Under the pieces are notes generated by a model, which ran no database searches, had not been told where the DNA came from, and saw only the letters and a program-made list of their open reading frames with translations. From Dimorphilus gyrociliatus (taxonomy: Eukaryota; Animalia; Annelida): 64,000 bases of DNA. Where the stretch lies: positions 1,543,713 through 1,607,712 of the forward strand of contig CAJFCJ010000004.1 in NCBI GenBank assembly GCA_904063045.1. The letters are read 5' to 3'. Shown here piece after piece: positions 62,535-64,000 of this stretch. Each line of letters begins with the position of its first letter. Position 1 is the stretch's first letter. The position numbers and the translations under genes were made by a program.

Positions 62535-63981
62535 ATGTTATCAACTATATTGTGGAAAATGTTATCGCCATTACAATTTATTTCCTTTAGCCTTATTTTC
62601 TTCCATAGCGGTTAGTTGCTTAATTTGCATTTTCGAAATACAGCTTCTTCGTAACGCTTAGAGCGATATAACGCAAACGAAATATATAGGATAATTTCAA
62701 TTCGCGTGTATGGCAAACTATTTTCCAAAGATATTTTATCGCCTATGATATTTTTCTTTCAATTATAAAGCTAATTAGTAGCCTTCTCCATTATGTCAGG
62801 AAGGAAAATTAGTATTCATTTTTTTGTCATTATTAAAAATTTAATGAACAGCCAGAGGAATTGATTTAACATTTTCTACTGGAGCCTATCAAATAATAGA
62901 GCCAGACGATGACCATTCCAAACTAATAGTAAAAGAAGAAAACCTTAAAGTTCGTATTTGAATACAGAAAATCCGATAGAATCCTTTAGTTAAAACCTTT
63001 TCCGCTACAGCGATTACATTCGATTGACGGTGCTATTGCTACAGTTTCCGTTGTCGGAAAATATCACTCGGGGAAATCTTTTTTGTTGAACCAATTAATT
63101 GGGGACAAGAAAGGTTTCAATGTTGGGCCACAAGTTAGTCCCGAGACTATGGGAATTTGGATGCAAAAAAAAGTAAACGGTTCTAAAACTCATTATTTCA
63201 GTTATAATAGGGAACACAATCTATACCATTCACTATTTACATATAATAATATAGGAAATTAATGGAAAACACGGAAACTTGACAATAGCTTTTTTTGACA
63301 CGGAGGGCTTTGCAGCCAGTAATATATCAGAGTCATACGACGCAAAAATATTCGCCGTCTCCACTCTAATCAGCTCCCTACTACTGTATAATTCTGTGAA
63401 AATTATCGATCAGAGTGACATCGATTATCTCGAAGTTCTTGCCAGAAGAACGAAGTTGTTCGCACTCCACTCTCAAGTTTCCACTCAAAAGTGGAAAACG
63501 ATGACTTTTAATCACGATTTATTAACGTTTCCCCCATTAATTTGGATTGTCCAGGATTTTGTACAGTCTGCAACTGATAGTCAGAAATGGTTGCAAAACT
63601 TAATGGAATCCCACTTTCGAGAAAATGACGAGTACGAGATTAGTCTGTTAAGTACGTTTCAATTAATGCTGCAAATTATTTAACACTAATATATTGCAAT
63701 TTGGTATAGGTATTTTTAAATCCATCGATTGTCACACGATGTTTTTACCCGCAGTTCAGAAATCTCTGTTAAGAGACTTATCTAAGGTAACCTTTATAAT
63801 AAAGCTAATTCTGGAATTATCTTTCGATTCCTTACAATACCTCATAATTAAATTACTGCATAATCATAAGATATTTATTTTGTTGAGGTGTCTGAGCATG
63901 ATCTTACAGAAGAGTATAAGGCAGAGAGAGAAGATCTAGAGCAGAAAATCTACGATCTATTAGTGCCGAAAGAAAAGGAAG
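62535..63981 (+). CDS. Guanylate-binding protein (GBP/atlastin superfamily) GTPase, 5' part; continues beyond the window
   Basis: Exons 62535-62610 (tentative), 62852-62949, 63011-63172 (P-loop GKYHSGKS; ETMGIW), 63255-63651 (DTEG; YDAKIFAVSTLISS; WIVQDF), 63710-63786, 63888-63981. Confidence 0.88.
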
Positions 63982-64000
63982 GTTGTTAAAACCAATAATT

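Overview
AT-rich, gene-dense animal genomic DNA with mostly very short (about 45-130 nt) GT-AG introns. The small introns and lophotrochozoan-style neuropeptide precursor suggest a compact annelid genome such as Dimorphilus; this is inference, with no database check. I reconstructed exon chains by hand. In order along the window: the 3' three-quarters of a Meis/homothorax gene (1.4-16.7 kb, large enhancer-rich introns); an acidic orphan; a C22orf15/CXorf65-family gene; CDIN1/C15orf41 with a U12 AT-AC intron; a Cys-rich secreted prohormone; BRMS1/BRMS1L; a steroid-sulfatase-like arylsulfatase; a selenocysteine glutathione peroxidase with a SECIS; a multi-exon orphan; a head-to-head pair of an active classical calpain and a catalytically dead calpain; TMEM47; an NR2E (PNR-like) nuclear receptor; an AKFMLamide neuropeptide precursor; Ctr1; a CIZ1-like zinc-finger gene; and the 5' part of a GBP-family GTPase. 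No rRNA, tRNA, CRISPR or clear transposon was seen. The strongest leads are the active/dead calpain pair and its candidate microexons (one NLS-like), the two-family neuropeptide precursor, the AT-AC intron, a composite Meis+Pbx/Hox+BMP-Smad element in a Meis intron, and recurrent CTCF-like motifs at promoters and gene boundaries.
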